From contig NC_042997.1 in assembly GCF_006345805.1 (NCBI RefSeq), forward strand, positions 141,608,001-141,672,000: DNA of 64,000 bases, in the 5' to 3' direction. Below, one piece after another: positions 25,526 through 39,202 of the stretch. The notes below the pieces were generated by a model. That model saw only the letters and a program-made list of their open reading frames with translations, was not told where the DNA came from and did no database searches. This stretch comes from Octopus sinensis (Eukaryota). The position numbers and the translations under genes are program-made. How positions within the stretch are numbered: position 1 is the stretch's first letter; every line of letters begins with the position of its first letter.

Positions 25526-26279
25526 TCATCAACACATGGACTACCATATCTCCATATACGCACAAATATACTTACTGTCACTCGCATACAAGCAAGTAGT
25601 GATATTCTATATGATTAGCTATTCTGACAACCTTGTATCTGTAACAAATTTATTGTTGATGCACTTTCTGGATTAACACAACCTTAACTTTTGGAGCAAT
25701 TAGCGTCCATACTGCCACAAGATTCTAATCGCGTGCAGTTGTTCATGCCGTCACGTGACACATTCATTAGATTACAACGCCATACAGTCAAGTGATCCTA
25801 ACATGCGAGAGTCTCTGAGAACTAAGCAGATTCTATTCCAGACTGCATGGTCATCTTCAACGAAAGTTTATCTTAACGGATAGCAATATAAGATAGAAAC
25901 GAACGAGTTTTTCAAACTTTGGTCTCGTGTGAGATACTTGCATCATAGCTCCACGCTTCTCCATTTCACACTAACTTTGACATTCCTGAAATTGTGAACC
26001 CAGCGAAGTTAGCCTAACTAGGACTTCTTGAAGATTCCAGAGAAATTTAGGCTTCATTTGTGCCTGTCCGTATGTATGTATGTATGTATGTGTGTATGTA
26101 TGTATGCATGTATGTATGTATGTATGTATGCATGTATAAATATATGTATGCACGTACGTGTGTGTGTATGTGTGCGCGCGTGTTTGCGCGTTCCAACAAA
26201 TGAAATAATGACGAATGAATGAGAGAGGAATGCAGAGCATGCGTTATAGAGTATATGGTTTATTGAAACTGAATGTTTC

Positions 26280-26282
26280 GAT

Positions 26283-26354
<72 letters not shown>

Positions 26355-26593
26355 CAGACAGATTGTCCGATGGATGGATAAGATAGATAAGTTAAAGAGG
26401 TAGTAAGGTAGGTAGATATATAGTATATATGTGTATATACTGTTTGTATGCATGTACGCATGTATGTATTCATATGTGTATGTATGTATGAATATGTATG
26501 TATACGTATATCTATATATATATATATGTGTATATATATGTGTGTGTATATATATATATATGTATGTATGTATATATATGTGTGTATATATAT

Positions 26594-26636
<43 letters not shown>

Positions 26637-27206
26637 TATACATATATATATACATATATATATACATATATATATATACACATATATTGATATATATATT
26701 GATATATATATATATAATATATGTGTGTGTGTGTGTGTGTGTGTGTATACATGCATAATGCATATATATGTATGTATATATATCATCAATACCGATTTCA
26801 CTTTCCAGAACTTTACACCATACTACCACATCTCAAACTATAATTACCAACTTTTAAAATCATTGCTAGACAACAAAGTAATTCACCATTACCCACCACC
26901 ACCAGCACCAGCACCAATATCTTCAATACCTTCAGCACTTAATATACATAACCATCACCAATACGACCATGACCACCACCACTGCCGTCATCATGAACAT
27001 TAGTGCTACTGCTTCTTTTCTCTTAAAACCACGCTTTATAATCACCAACTTGATCATCACAACAATCATCGTCTGCGCCGCCATTTTCTCTTGAAACTGC
27101 ACACCGCAACCAGGTCCGTATCAGTAACTTCACACACGCGCGCACATACGCATGCACACACACATGCGTACGAACGTGCGCTCTCTCTCTATCTTTCTCT
27201 CTCTCA

Positions 27207-27255
<49 letters not shown>

Positions 27256-27501
27256 TCTTCCACTACACCGTTATTAGCAAGTTATCACTATCGCTACTTA
27301 ATTGTCTACAACATCGTCAGTCAACAAATCCACATACACGCAAATTCATTCATACATGTACATATACATACATGCATACATTCATACATGCATACATACA
27401 TACATGCATACATACATACATGCATACATCCATACATTCACACACATACATTCATACATAGATACATGCATGCATACATACATACTTGCATATATACAAA
27501 T

Positions 27502-27532
<31 letters not shown>

Positions 27533-28045
27533 CATACATACATACATGCATACATACATACATGCATACATACACACATACATACCTGCATACATACATA
27601 CATGCATACGTACATACATACATACATACATACATACATACATACATACATGAATACATACATGCATAAATACACACATACATTCATATATGCATACATA
27701 CATGCATACATACATACATTCATGCATACATACCTTCATATATACATTCATATATACATGCATACATACATACACACATCTATATATACATTCATATATA
27801 CATACATACATGCATACATACATACATTCATACATGCCTACCTTCATATATACATTCATATATACATGCATACATACATACACACATGTATACATACATA
27901 CATACATACATACATACATACATACATACATACATACATACATACATACATACATACATACATACATACATACATACATACATACATACATACATACATA
28001 CATACATACATACATACATTCATACATATATACATACACACACTC
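26280..28045. repeat. Large microsatellite field: (GATA)n, (TA)n, (CT)n and a ~700-bp (CATA)n-type tract at 27330-28040
   Basis: Directly visible. Confidence 0.9.
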
Positions 28046-28289
28046 ATCACTATTATCAACACCATCATTAACGGTGTCCATCATTTTCTTGGTGGAATTA
28101 ATAATGGATGTTCCACCTGCAACTGGCAGATGTCTGAAATTCTACAACTATTTACCATTGTCAGTGTTTGGAGAGAGGCGTGTCTGCCTTCCAGACAGGA
28201 ACAATTTAGTTGGCTTTACAGCTTCCTCCGAGTTGTTTTCTCTGATCGCTTCACTACAGCGGTATTGTTCGCAGTTTTAATTGTGATGC

Positions 28290-28587
28290 TGTTTGTGGTG
28301 GTGGCGGTGGTTGTGGTGGTTGTGGTGGTGTGGTGGTGGTGGTGGTGGTGGTGGTGGTGGTGGTGGTGGTGGTGGTGGTGGTGGTGGTGGTGGTGATGGT
28401 GGTATTTGGGAGACTTTGGTGCGGCTAGGGACGTTGCTGTTGCCATTAATGCTGTTGTTGACGACGACGACGACGACGACGATGCTGCTGCTGCTGATTA
28501 TAATGATTATGATGATGCGGATGTTGATGATGGTGATGATGATGATGATGATGATGACGACGACGACTCAACGACGACGACGACGAC

Positions 28588-28625
<38 letters not shown>

Positions 28626-28640
28626 TGATGATGATGATGT
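28290..28640. repeat. Compound (GGT)n/(GAC)n/(GAT)n tract
   Basis: Directly visible. Confidence 0.9.
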
Positions 28641-28931
28641 TATATAGCCCGCAAGACATTTCTGATAAAGCCGAATTATAATCACAAGACATTCCAATCT
28701 GGAACATCCTGCCATTTTTTTTTTCTTTTTCCATTTTTTTTGTTATTGTTTTTGCTTGTTTGCAAACGCAGTGTACCCAAGAACACATCCAATATGTCTC
28801 TTTTTGTTTTGTTTTTTTGTTTTTTTGTTTTTTTGACGACTTGATTCAAAGGAAATTTCGCTGCTTTTTCTTGCAGATCGACTGGTCACATACAGGCTCC
28901 TTCCTTGCTTCGTATTATCTGTGATAGTTTA

Positions 28932-29385
28932 AGCGGTGAGCAGGCAGAATAGTTAACACGCCGGACCAAATGCTTGGCGGTATTTCGTCCGTCTTTACGT
29001 TCCGAGTTCAAATTCCGCCGAGGTCGATTTTGTCGTTCATCTTTTCGGGAATCGTTAAAATAAGTACCAGCAGTATGCTGGAATTGATGTCATCCTCTAA
29101 CCCACCCCTCAAATTTCAGACCTTGTACCTATAGTAGTAGGACAGAGTATAAGTGATTGCTAAGGTGGCGAGCAGGCAAAACCGTTATCACGTCGGACCA
29201 AATGCTTAGCAGCATTTCGTCTGTCTTGACGTTCTGAACTCAGATCGCACCGAGGTTGGCTTTGCCTTTTATTCTTTCGGTGTCAGTAAGTACCAGTGTT
29301 GTACTGAGGGTGGAGGTCTATGCAACCGACTGCTCCCTCCCCTCAATAATCGTTGGCCTTGTACTAAAAATCTTGTATCATTATT
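28932..29385 (+). mobile_element. Two head-to-tail SINE-A copies (28932-29140 and 29163-29385)
   Basis: Each has the head (AGCGGTGAGCAGGCAG / GGTGGCGAGCAGGCA), B-box-like GTTC(A/T)GA/AA, body and tail. Confidence 0.8.
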
Positions 29386-29394
29386 AAAGGCTAT

Positions 29395-29408
29395 TGTGGT
29401 AGTGGTGG

Positions 29409-29452
<44 letters not shown>

Positions 29453-29996
29453 GATGATGATGATGATGATGATTATTATTATTGTGGTGGTGGCGGTGGT
29501 GGTGGTGATGGAGGTTACTAGTGATGTTAGTGGTAATGGAGGTAGTGCTGGCAGTGATGGTACTGATGGTGGTGTTAGTGGTAGTGATTGCGGTGGTGGT
29601 AGAGGTTGAAGCAGTAGTGGTAGTAGTAGGGTTAGTGGTGGTGATGGTGGTGGTGGTGGTGGTGCTGCTGCTGCTGCTGCTGCCGACGGAGGTAGCGGCG
29701 GCGGCAGCGGCGGCGGTTGCAGCGGCGGCGGTGGCAGCGGAGGCGGTGGCAGCGGCGGCGGCGGCGGCGGCGGCGGCGGCGTAGTGGTATAGACGTGATA
29801 TTCCATTATGGGCTCTCCTTCACCATCATCCTTCATCATATACCACCATTACTTCCACCGTTAATGTTATCAATACATTATCAATAACTTATCGTTATCG
29901 TCATTATCCACATTCTCATCATTGTTATCATCACCACCAGTTTCATCATCGCTCTCATCAGCATAATCATCATTAGTCTCATTAATATTGTTATTA

Positions 29997-30057
<61 letters not shown>

Positions 30058-30365
30058 CATTATTATCATTATTATTATTATTATCATCATCATCATCATC
30101 GTTATTATTATTATTATTATTGAAATCATTGTCATAATCACGGCGGCGTGATAACATCTTCATCATCATTATCATCATCGTCATCATCATCATCACCTTC
30201 AACATCATCATCATCATCATCATCATCATCAATATCTTCATTATTTCTCCCTAGCATCATCACCATCACCGCCACCTCCACTCGCATCAGCATCACCACC
30301 ACCATCATCACCATCACCGGCAGCCTCACCACCCTCACCATTATTGACATTATTGTCATCGGTGA
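29395..30365. repeat. ~1-kb compound trinucleotide region (GAT, GGT, GCT, GGC, ATT, CAT, CAC)
   Basis: Directly visible; includes a GC-rich (GGC)n-type block at 29690-29782. Confidence 0.9.
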
Positions 30366-30837
30366 TCACAGCAGTCACTGCATGGCTCATTATCAACGTA
30401 TTCATCATACAAATTTTACAAACTAACAAGAATTTTGTTTGTGTTGTTGTTATACTTTAACCATAGGTCAGTCATGATTGAAAAGATTTATGGTCGAAGA
30501 TATTCCATTTGTTTATTTTTTCTGTGTCTTCTTTTTTTAGATAGACTTACATTATCTAATATTTCCTTGTTTTTCGCTGGTTAAGTGTGCATAAATGGTA
30601 GGAGAACTTCTTGTTATGTCTAGCAAGTCGTGTGACGTTATAGAGGATCACACGTTGGTTCGTAGAGTAGCTTTACGTTTTAATTATGGTGGTAGAGGTG
30701 ATTCTGGTGAATAAGGGAATTAAGAGAAAGGAGACAGGGTGAAAAAAAAAGAATAAATATCAACAAAAATAAATAATGAAAACAATAATAATAAGTAAAA
30801 ACTGATAAAAAATGATTATGCTACAATAACACTATAT

Positions 30838-31222
30838 TCTTTTATTTTTTTATTTGTTTCAGTCATTTAACTGCGGCCATGCTGGAGCACCACCTTTAGT
30901 CCAACAAATCGACCCTAGGACTTATTCTTTGTGAGCATAGTACTTATTCTATAGGGATTCTTTTGCCGAACCGCTTCGTCACGGGGACGTAAACACACCA
31001 ACATCGGTTATCAAGCGATGATAAGGGGTACAAACACAGACACACAAGCACACTATATATACGACGGGTTTCTTTCAGTTTCCGTCCACCAAATCCACTC
31101 ACAAGGCTTTGGTTGGCCGAAGCTATAGTAGAAGACACTTGCTCAAGGTGCCACGCAGTGGGACTGAACCCGGAACCATGTGACTGGTAAGCAAGCTACT
31201 TACAACACAGCCGCTCCTGCGC
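30838..31222 (-). mobile_element. SINE family B
   Basis: Full-length homology to the plus-strand B copies. Confidence 0.9.
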
Positions 31223-31311
31223 GTATCACTTTCTAAAGTTATCTCTACACATCTATAGAAATTAGAGCTCTGAAAGTTTCGACGCTTCGTATACGAATGC
31301 GTCTATTGTTT

Positions 31312-31708
31312 TATTCTTTTACTTATTTCAGTCATTTGACTCCGGCCATACTGAAGCACCGCCTTTAGTCGAACAAATTGACCCCAGGACCTATTCTTTT
31401 GCAAGCCTAGTACTTATTCTATCAGGTTTTTTGCCTGACCGCTACGTTACGGGGACGTAAGCACACCAACATTGGTTGTCAAGCTGTGGTGGGGTGGGGA
31501 GAACCAACGCAGACACACACACACACACATATACGACGGACTTCTTTCAGTTTTCGTCTACCAAATCTACTCACAATGTTTTGGTCGGCCCGAGGCTATA
31601 GTAGAGACTATAGCAGAAGACACTTGCCCAAAGTGTCACGCAGTGGGGCTGAACCCGGGACCATGTGGTTGGGAAGCAAGATTCTTACCGCACAGCTACG
31701 CCTGCGCC
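31312..31708 (-). mobile_element. SINE family B, tandem to the previous copy
   Basis: Full-length homology. Confidence 0.9.
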
Positions 31709-31883
31709 TGTCTATGCAAACAATACAGTCGAAGATTAAAAAATAGGTAATGGATGTCTCTACAAGCAACTAATATGTAAGTACCAGTTGCTAGGAATGT
31801 GTTTATTATGTAAAAACTGGTGTATCCAATTGCGTTGCACTACTAAATTTAGCGGCTGCTTTAGCAATGAGTTCATAAATGGT

Positions 31884-31947
31884 TAATGGGTTGGATGTGA
31901 TACTGAAGAAGGAGCAAGAAGCCCTGAGATATAGATATTACCCATTA
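31884..31947 (+). ncRNA. Degenerate minimal hammerhead-like fossil (two core mutations)
   Basis: TAATGGG..TGATA-CTGAAGA-AGGAGC(AAGAA)GCCCT-GAGA-TATA-GA-TATTA-CCCATTA. Stem I is 5 bp plus 7 bp, stem II is present, the loop is palindromic; GAAA>GAGA and U16.1>G. Confidence 0.35.
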
Positions 31948-32736
31948 CCTATTTTTCTATCATCGATCGCATCGTTTACGAAGTCATATTCGTATACGAA
32001 ATATAACTTTCAGGACTGGCTTTAATTTCTATAGAAAATCTGTAGAGGTAATTTTAAAAAGTGATTAAATCGCACTGCTAACACAGGTAGGATGCAGTGT
32101 TGACATATAAGTCTTTAATATACATGGTAGTATATTATGGTTGCATAGTGAAACACAGTGTCCATACCAGAAATTACTATATATAATATATATAATTAAA
32201 AGATGATATATAACATTGTATAATACTATATGCTATAATACCATGTAACTATATAACTTTATATAATTATAACACCATACACCACTGGTTTTATATAGTG
32301 TTGTATTACAAATCCGAAACTTATTAAAAGAATTAAAATTCCTCTTCATACTTCGCTACATATACGTAGCAAGTTATGTAACTGGACAATTTATCGTTTG
32401 TAGTCGTAAAAAGAAGGCTATTGCTTAAGGAATCGGAGTTTTCCTTAACTATCAACAATTAAAGACACGATTTTGAGGTCCTCTAATTGGACCTTTAAGT
32501 ATATATGGTTAATTGTTATTGAGCTATTAACTGTTATATCTAAATTTTCATCTTTGTGAATTATTTAATCCATAAAAGATGGCGTCGCCACTCAGGTTTG
32601 AATTGGTGATAACAGATTCTAACTGTTTTTAAGTGTGTTTGAGGTGTTTGTTCTGTAGCTTCGATATGAGAAAAAACGTTAAAGTAGAATTATGAAAATG
32701 ATGATCTGAAGAAGATCTGGGATTAATTTATATTCG

Positions 32737-32935
32737 TTTCTACTCTAGGCACAAGGCTCGACATTTGGGGGGAAGGCCCAGTCGAATAGATCGACCCCAC
32801 CAAGCAAATGGTACTTAATTTATCGACCCCGAAAGGATAAAAGGCAAAGTCGACCTCGGCGGAATTTGAACTCAGAACGTAAAGACAGACGAAATACCGC
32901 TAAGCATTTCGCCCGATTCTGCCAGCTCGCTGCCT
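32737..32935 (-). mobile_element. SINE family A
   Basis: Homology to the other A copies. Confidence 0.9.
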
Positions 32936-33189
32936 TGGGGATTCATTTATACTGAAGGCAAGAACTAAGGCTATCTTGTACGTGTTGCTAATTTTTCATC
33001 TGAAGTTACTGGAGACTTGTTTCAGCGAAAAACAACATAATATTGAATCAACAGAGAGACACATCATGACTTTTAGACAAATTTATCTTTGACAGCAAAA
33101 ATATATCGCTTTGAGGATATTCTATACCAAAGAAAGAAGTATTATACATTCATCTTCTAAGAAGAAAGAACTGTAATCTTTTTTCATGA

Positions 33190-34260
33190 TGATATTTTAT
33201 GGCCGATATTTACCAAATTATTCTGAAATGATCGAACCATTTACGAATTTACGTACGAAATGGTTTGTGGTTGGATAAATAATAGGCGAAAGGCCTTTAA
33301 TAATTTTTCACACTTCTCCGACAGAGAAACCTGTTGGAAATATATATGATGCCAACAAAGATGTCACATTGACAACCGATGCTAGTCAACAGTCCATATC
33401 AGGAACTTTATCAAAAGATAATCATCGAGGGATATTTATCAAGGAGGTTAAACTCTGTTAAATCAAATATTGATAGGGGTGACTTAGCAATTCGGTTGAC
33501 CACAAGCCATGCACGTCAGTTTTTATGTAATAGAAACTCACTGAATAAATCGGATCATACGCCTCTTGAATTCATCTTTAATCTGTTCACGGAATCTCAA
33601 GGGTTACACCTTCGAGAATATCAAAATAGGCCATTCTAGCAACATTGTTTGATTTTGACATCACATATCAAAGAACAATCTTTTCTTCGTGTTGACGGGC
33701 TCTCAGTGTTATGTAACTTCAAGATGCTAATGCGGAAAAAGTTGATTTTACCTTCATAAACTCGATAGAAACTGGTGTGAGAGTAGCTTCAGAAAAATTG
33801 TGTGATCCGGCAAAATCATATGTCTGAATAAATTAATTTAAAAGAAATTACAATTGAAAAACAATGTCTACAGAAAATTTTTTCATGATAATAATAATGA
33901 GCTTATTACATGCAGTGCTCTTAATTGAGAAAAGATAAAAGAGGTGTCAGAAAACCGAAATAAGTCATGTAAAGTAAGCTAGCAATTATAGCCACAACTG
34001 CGTGCATAGTATAGAGGATAAACACAAGAAAACAAGAAAATACTTTTTATGTTTATAGAAAAATATCTTGTGAACATGAAGTTCCCAGAAATGGGAAGAA
34101 TACAGGAGTCATAAAGAGGAAAAGGTGCATAGAAACTCAAGAGTAGCTTTAGTGTATTTCAGGAAGTATGAAAGCTTTGAAGGATATGGTGTTCTGATCG
34201 CTAATAACCGACGCGGGTATTTTATTCCATATTTCGACAATTCCGAGTTAGAGAAGATGC
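33190..34260 (+). mobile_element. Highly decayed Ty3/Gypsy pol fragment (RT end, RNase H, possible integrase trace)
   Basis: With frameshifts: FYGRYLPNYSEMIEPF..YDANKDVTLTTDASQQSISGTLSK..LSRRLNSVKSNID..LAI..SDHTPLEFIFN..FDFDITY..VDGLS, matching the RNase H DAS/SRxL/DHxPL motifs of Gypsy elements. No LTR pair found. Confidence 0.6.
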
Positions 34261-34434
34261 TTCTGAGAATCACGGATGCCGCGATGTTTGTGTGTTGTGT
34301 TTTCTGTGGTGGGTGTTTGCATTGAACCCACTTTTAATTATTTAAGCTATTTGTTCTGCAATTCGCTTTAATTATGGTCAATTTGAGGGCATTTTGTTAA
34401 CGAACGCATTCAATTTTTTGTAACTGCCATGAGA

Positions 34435-34660
34435 AAGGCGACGGGTTGATAGAACCGTTAGCACGCCGACCAAATCGTTTATCAGCATTTCGTTTTTACG
34501 TTTGTCTTGACGTTCTGAGCGCAAATTCTGCCGAGGTCGACTTGCCTTTTATCCAATCAGAACCGATAAAATAAGCACTAGTTAAGTACTGGGGTCAATG
34601 TCATCGATTTCTCCCTCCCCTCAAAAACTGCTGGCCCTATGCCAAAAATTTGAAACCATC
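34435..34660 (+). mobile_element. SINE family A
   Basis: Head, body and tail homology. Confidence 0.8.
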
Positions 34661-34892
34661 ATACAAATTTTCATAACAACGACCAGAGTAGACATAATTC
34701 GTGACACAACTCCTTGGACTATACACTTTTGAAAACCTATTGTGAAATTGGCCAAGTGTATTTCTATATTTTAAAATATAATTAGATTCTAATTAATTCT
34801 AATTTATTCTGTGCATTTTCACCTTCATTTCTTCTGTTTCTGAACTTGTCGGGTTAATAACAAATTATATATATATATATATTTATGTATAT

Positions 34893-34946
<54 letters not shown>

Positions 34947-35248
34947 TCGCCAGCGTCACAACCGCCTGTATGAGGAAAAGAATAAGGAACCGCAACAGCA
35001 GTAGGGTTTTTTTTTATTCTAGTGTGAAAAAGAAATAGAGGAGGGACAGAGGAGGAGTTGTAAATTAAAGTAAAAATCAAACATACAAACCGAAAACAAT
35101 GAAAGAAATGTGTGTATGTGTGTGTGTGTTTGCAAGTGTCCGTGTTTGTGCGTCTGTATGCATATTTTTTTTTTGTTTTTTGTGATTGTCCGTGATAAAA
35201 GAAAGTGAGTGTCGATATACCGGTGAAAGAAGGGGGAAGACGAAGAGA

Positions 35249-35307
<59 letters not shown>

Positions 35308-36320
35308 AAGGATAATTCACGGGGAAAAATTTTAATATGACAAAAGGAATTTTCTTTTTAAAAAACAAAAACAGGCAAGAAAAGGAGAGGCAATTATGTA
35401 AAAATTATAACTACTTTAAATATTCGAAAATTTCCATTGAGAAAAGTAATGATGAGTAATCTTATTCCTTATCTTACAGTACAATTATACGAGTATGTAT
35501 GTGTATGTGTGTGTGCGTGCATGTATGTATGTATGTGTGTACATCTATATGTATTTAAGTATATGTGTGAGTGTAGTCATGTGTAAATATATATATATAT
35601 ATATATATGTATATGTATATAGATATATATGTGTGTATATGTGTATGTATACATATATATGTATGTATATAAATATGTATGTGTGTGTATACACATACAC
35701 TGTATATGGCCTCAAAAATTTGAATATTATACAAACAATTTTTGTTGTCAGTTAAGTTAGGTCGTAAAACTTTCGCTTCTATTAAAGTCACTAAATCTAA
35801 ATTGATGCATTCCTAAAATTTATTTGATGTAAGCTAACATTTATGATTTCCATACAGAGATCGTTAAAAATTTCATACTTCATTATATATTAAAATGTTA
35901 TATCTGGATATCGAAATCGTATTCCTATACAGCAAGTTAGTCAAGAATTGAAAGACGGATACTGAATGTCAATTAATATTTAGCTTGAATTCGTTTGGCT
36001 TCAATATCTATGTCATGGTATCAAGGAAGCTAACTGGTGAGACAGCTCGAGTGTGATCAGAGATCAAGTGATCCCGATAACAGCCTTCAGTTCCTCTTGA
36101 TTCCTGGAGTACTTATTTTCTTGAATTCTGGGATTTATAAAGCTGGTTTCCAAGCATTGCTGTTATAAGATAATTAATAATGTGTCAATTAATAATTTAG
36201 GATTTTACTTTATAAAACACTGGGTAAGGGGATACATTGGCTGCTACTTTTAGCGTGTCGAGCGGCCAGATAGAGGCTCTTTCATTGGTTTGATTGCGTG
36301 ATGAGATTTTGTTTCAAATA

Positions 36321-37611
36321 CGAGGGGCGTTCAATAAGTAATGCCCCTGACCCACTTGCAGTTATTTGATCTAGCTGAAATTTTGCATGTACAATTATTT
36401 ATATCTCTATAGATTAAGTGGCAAATTACAGCTCTGAACTAATTGTGGTTTCTGATTTACAGGTATTTGAACTGAGTCAAGTGTGAAATGGAGCCTGTTG
36501 AGTGTCGAGCAGTGATCCGGTTTTTGTATTTGAAAGGACGCACACCAAGGGAGACTTTTGATGAAATGAAAGTAACTTATGGTGATGATGCCCCATCATA
36601 TGACCTTGTAAAACGCTGGCATCGTGAATTCAAACATGGTCGGAACTCTGTGGAAACAGCTCCCAGATCTGGTCGCCCCCTTCTGCCATTGATGAGGCAT
36701 CTGTCCGTCAAGTTGAGGCTGCCATTTCGGAAGATCGACGCATAACTATTCGCCAAATAGCCCATGAGGTCAAGATTAGTACTGGGTCTGTGGAAACTAT
36801 CATTCATGACCATTTGCATATGCAAAAGGTGTCTGCCAGATGGATTCCCAGGCTGATCACATCTTTCCAGAAGCAAGAACGCGTCGATTGCTCGAGGATG
36901 AATTTGGAGATGTGCCAAGAATATGAGTCAAAATTTTTCAAAAGATTGATTACACAGGATGAAACCTGGGTCCATCACTATGATCCAGAGACCAAAGCCT
37001 AGTCAATGCAGTGGACACACCTTGACTCACCTCCTCCAAAGAAGGCAAGGGTGCAGCTCGCTCCTGGCAAGGTCATGCTCACAGTCTTCTGGGACCAGGA
37101 CGGAGTAGTGATGACAGATTTCCTGGCAAAGGGTGCCACAATTACAGGAGCCTATTATGCTTCACTTTTGAGGAAATTAAGAGAAACTATCAAAATCAAG
37201 AGGCGAGGCAAGATCAGCAAAGGCATCCTCCTCTTGCAGGACAACGCTCCGGTTCACAACTCGCGTGTCGCCAGATCAGAAGCACAGGCATGCGGCTATG
37301 AACTCCTCCCCCATTCCCCTACTCTCCTGACCCTGCACCCTCTGATTTTCCCCTCTTCCCAGTCATGAAGTTGTTTTTGAAAGGAAAGCGTTTCCCAGAT
37401 GATGCAGCCTTGATTTCTGAAGTCACGTCGTGGTGGGAGGACCAACCTAGGGTCTTCTACAAAAACGGTCTCCAGAGCTGCATCAAACGATGGGAGAAAT
37501 GCGTAACTCTGTGTGGTTCCTATGTAGAAAAATACTAATAACTGTGCCAAGTTTCGTCGCTCTACTGCTATGGGAAGTGGGTCAGAGGCATTACTTATTG
37601 AACGCCCCTCG
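36321..37611 (+). mobile_element. Full-length mariner (Tc1/mariner, DD34D) transposon, 1291 bp
   Basis: 37-bp TIRs CGAGGGGCGTTCAATAAGTAATGCC(C/T)CTGACCCACTT with 1 mismatch; TA TSDs at 36319-36320 and 37612-37613. Confidence 0.97.
36488..37538 (+). pseudogene. Mariner transposase pseudogene
   Basis: MEPVECRAVIRFL..RSGRP / WIPR..ITQDETWVHHYDPETK..QDNAP-x-HSPYSPDPAPSDF, with exactly 34 residues between the second and third Asp. 1-nt frameshifts at ~36680 and ~37318, in-frame TAG at 37000-37002. Confidence 0.95.
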
Positions 37612-37884
37612 TATATGTATAATATGCATATATATCTTCGGCAGAATTTAGAGAGTAAGTCGAAAACTGAGAGTTTCGTGTATTGACACTTATCAAACAC
37701 GAATTTGTCCATTGTCACTCTGTAACTTGTGACGAAATAACTTCTGAAATACAAAATTTTGTCAAAAACGTTAAGAGTAAACCCTGTCGTATGTGACACA
37801 TTCTACTAGTATCGGAAGTTTGAAAGTGTTTAGTTAAAAAAAATTATTAAATATTCTGTACTTCAAATTGAATAGATCCGAAAT

Positions 37885-38177
37885 GGATAAAAAGTAAAGT
37901 CGACCTCGGCGGAATTTGAACTCAAACTGTAAACACATCGAAATACTTATTTCTTTACTACCTACAAGTGGTTAAACACAGAGAGGACAAACAAGAACAG
38001 ACAAACGGATTAAGTCGATTACATCGACACAGTGCGTGACTGGTACTTAATTTAACGACCCCGAAAGGATGAAAGGCAAAGTCGACCTCGGCGGAATTTG
38101 AACTGAAAACGTAACGGCAGACGAAATACGGCTATACATTTCGCCTGGCGTGCTAACGTTTCTGCCAGCTCGCCGCT
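37885..38177 (-). mobile_element. SINE family A, partial dimer
   Basis: Full monomer plus a second partial body; junction AAAGAAATAAGTATTTCG. Confidence 0.88.
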
Positions 38178-39202
38178 TCAGGATATAAACATTCCTTTTA
38201 GCAATATATTTTTTTATTCTTATTGCTAAGCGTTACTTCCTTGATCTCTTACATATTGACACGAAATTTCGTAGCATTTCATCCCATAACTTTTCTTCTA
38301 CTAATTTTTGTTCAATGCGACTAACGACTCTGAATTCCTTATGCATTTTCTACCATTTAATCATAAGAAAAGTATACTTTTATTTTAAAATTTAAAAGTT
38401 TAATGTTAATTGAAGGTGAATAGGTGCCTTACTGCCCCACCCCTGAGGTCGCAGATATTTTGATGGAACTTTTTTTCTACTGAACCAAATATCAAGCTAT
38501 TTATGCCAAACTGTTAACAGTTTGCAATTTAGTTGAGAACTGAATTGGTGAAGCTTGGAAGCTGCTGCGATTGACGAAATCGTGGACTTAAGAATATATT
38601 CAACCACTACCGTAGTTGAATGGTTATACGTTATACATTCTCTGTGGAACCAGATCAGGTGAATTACCTGGTCAATAAAGTACTTGATGTGATAATCAAC
38701 AAATCAGGGAGAGTTTGTTTTGGTACTCTGTTCAGGTGCAAAATACTGGAAGAACAGAAATTTGCATCATCAAATAGTCTATTGACTGCTAGAGCTGTGA
38801 ATTGATCCAGGATCTTTCGGCTGTAAACCTGAGGAAACGGAATTGTCCAGTACTTGCATATAACATCGGGAATTTGATACTGGACTTCACATAGCTGGAA
38901 TTTTATATCGTCCCAGTTTTACTTCAAAGTTTTAAAATAATATGGCACCCTATCAAAATTATCACAATCTCAGTAAATCAAAATAAAGATCCAGACTTCA
39001 CTTTTTGTTTCGGAAATAAGAGAAAAGGCATTTATGGACTCGATTGGAGTACCTTTCTATACTGTGTGTATATATTGCATGAATCTTTGAAGCAGAAACG
39101 CTGTGGAAAGATAAAACTTACAGAATTTTAAGTGAAATAAATTCAGTGATCTACAAAATATTACATTTCGAAGGCAATTGACAGCTAGCAAGCCAAGCTA
39201 CT

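Noticed and set aside
29384-29839. Pro/Ala/His-rich 151-aa ORF resembling a homeobox or formin fragment
   Set aside because: Made entirely of trinucleotide repeats; no recognisable domain or splice sites.
32575-32600. TGGCGTCGCC as a primer-binding site for the downstream Gypsy fragment
   Set aside because: No matching LTR pair or polypurine tract was found to anchor it.
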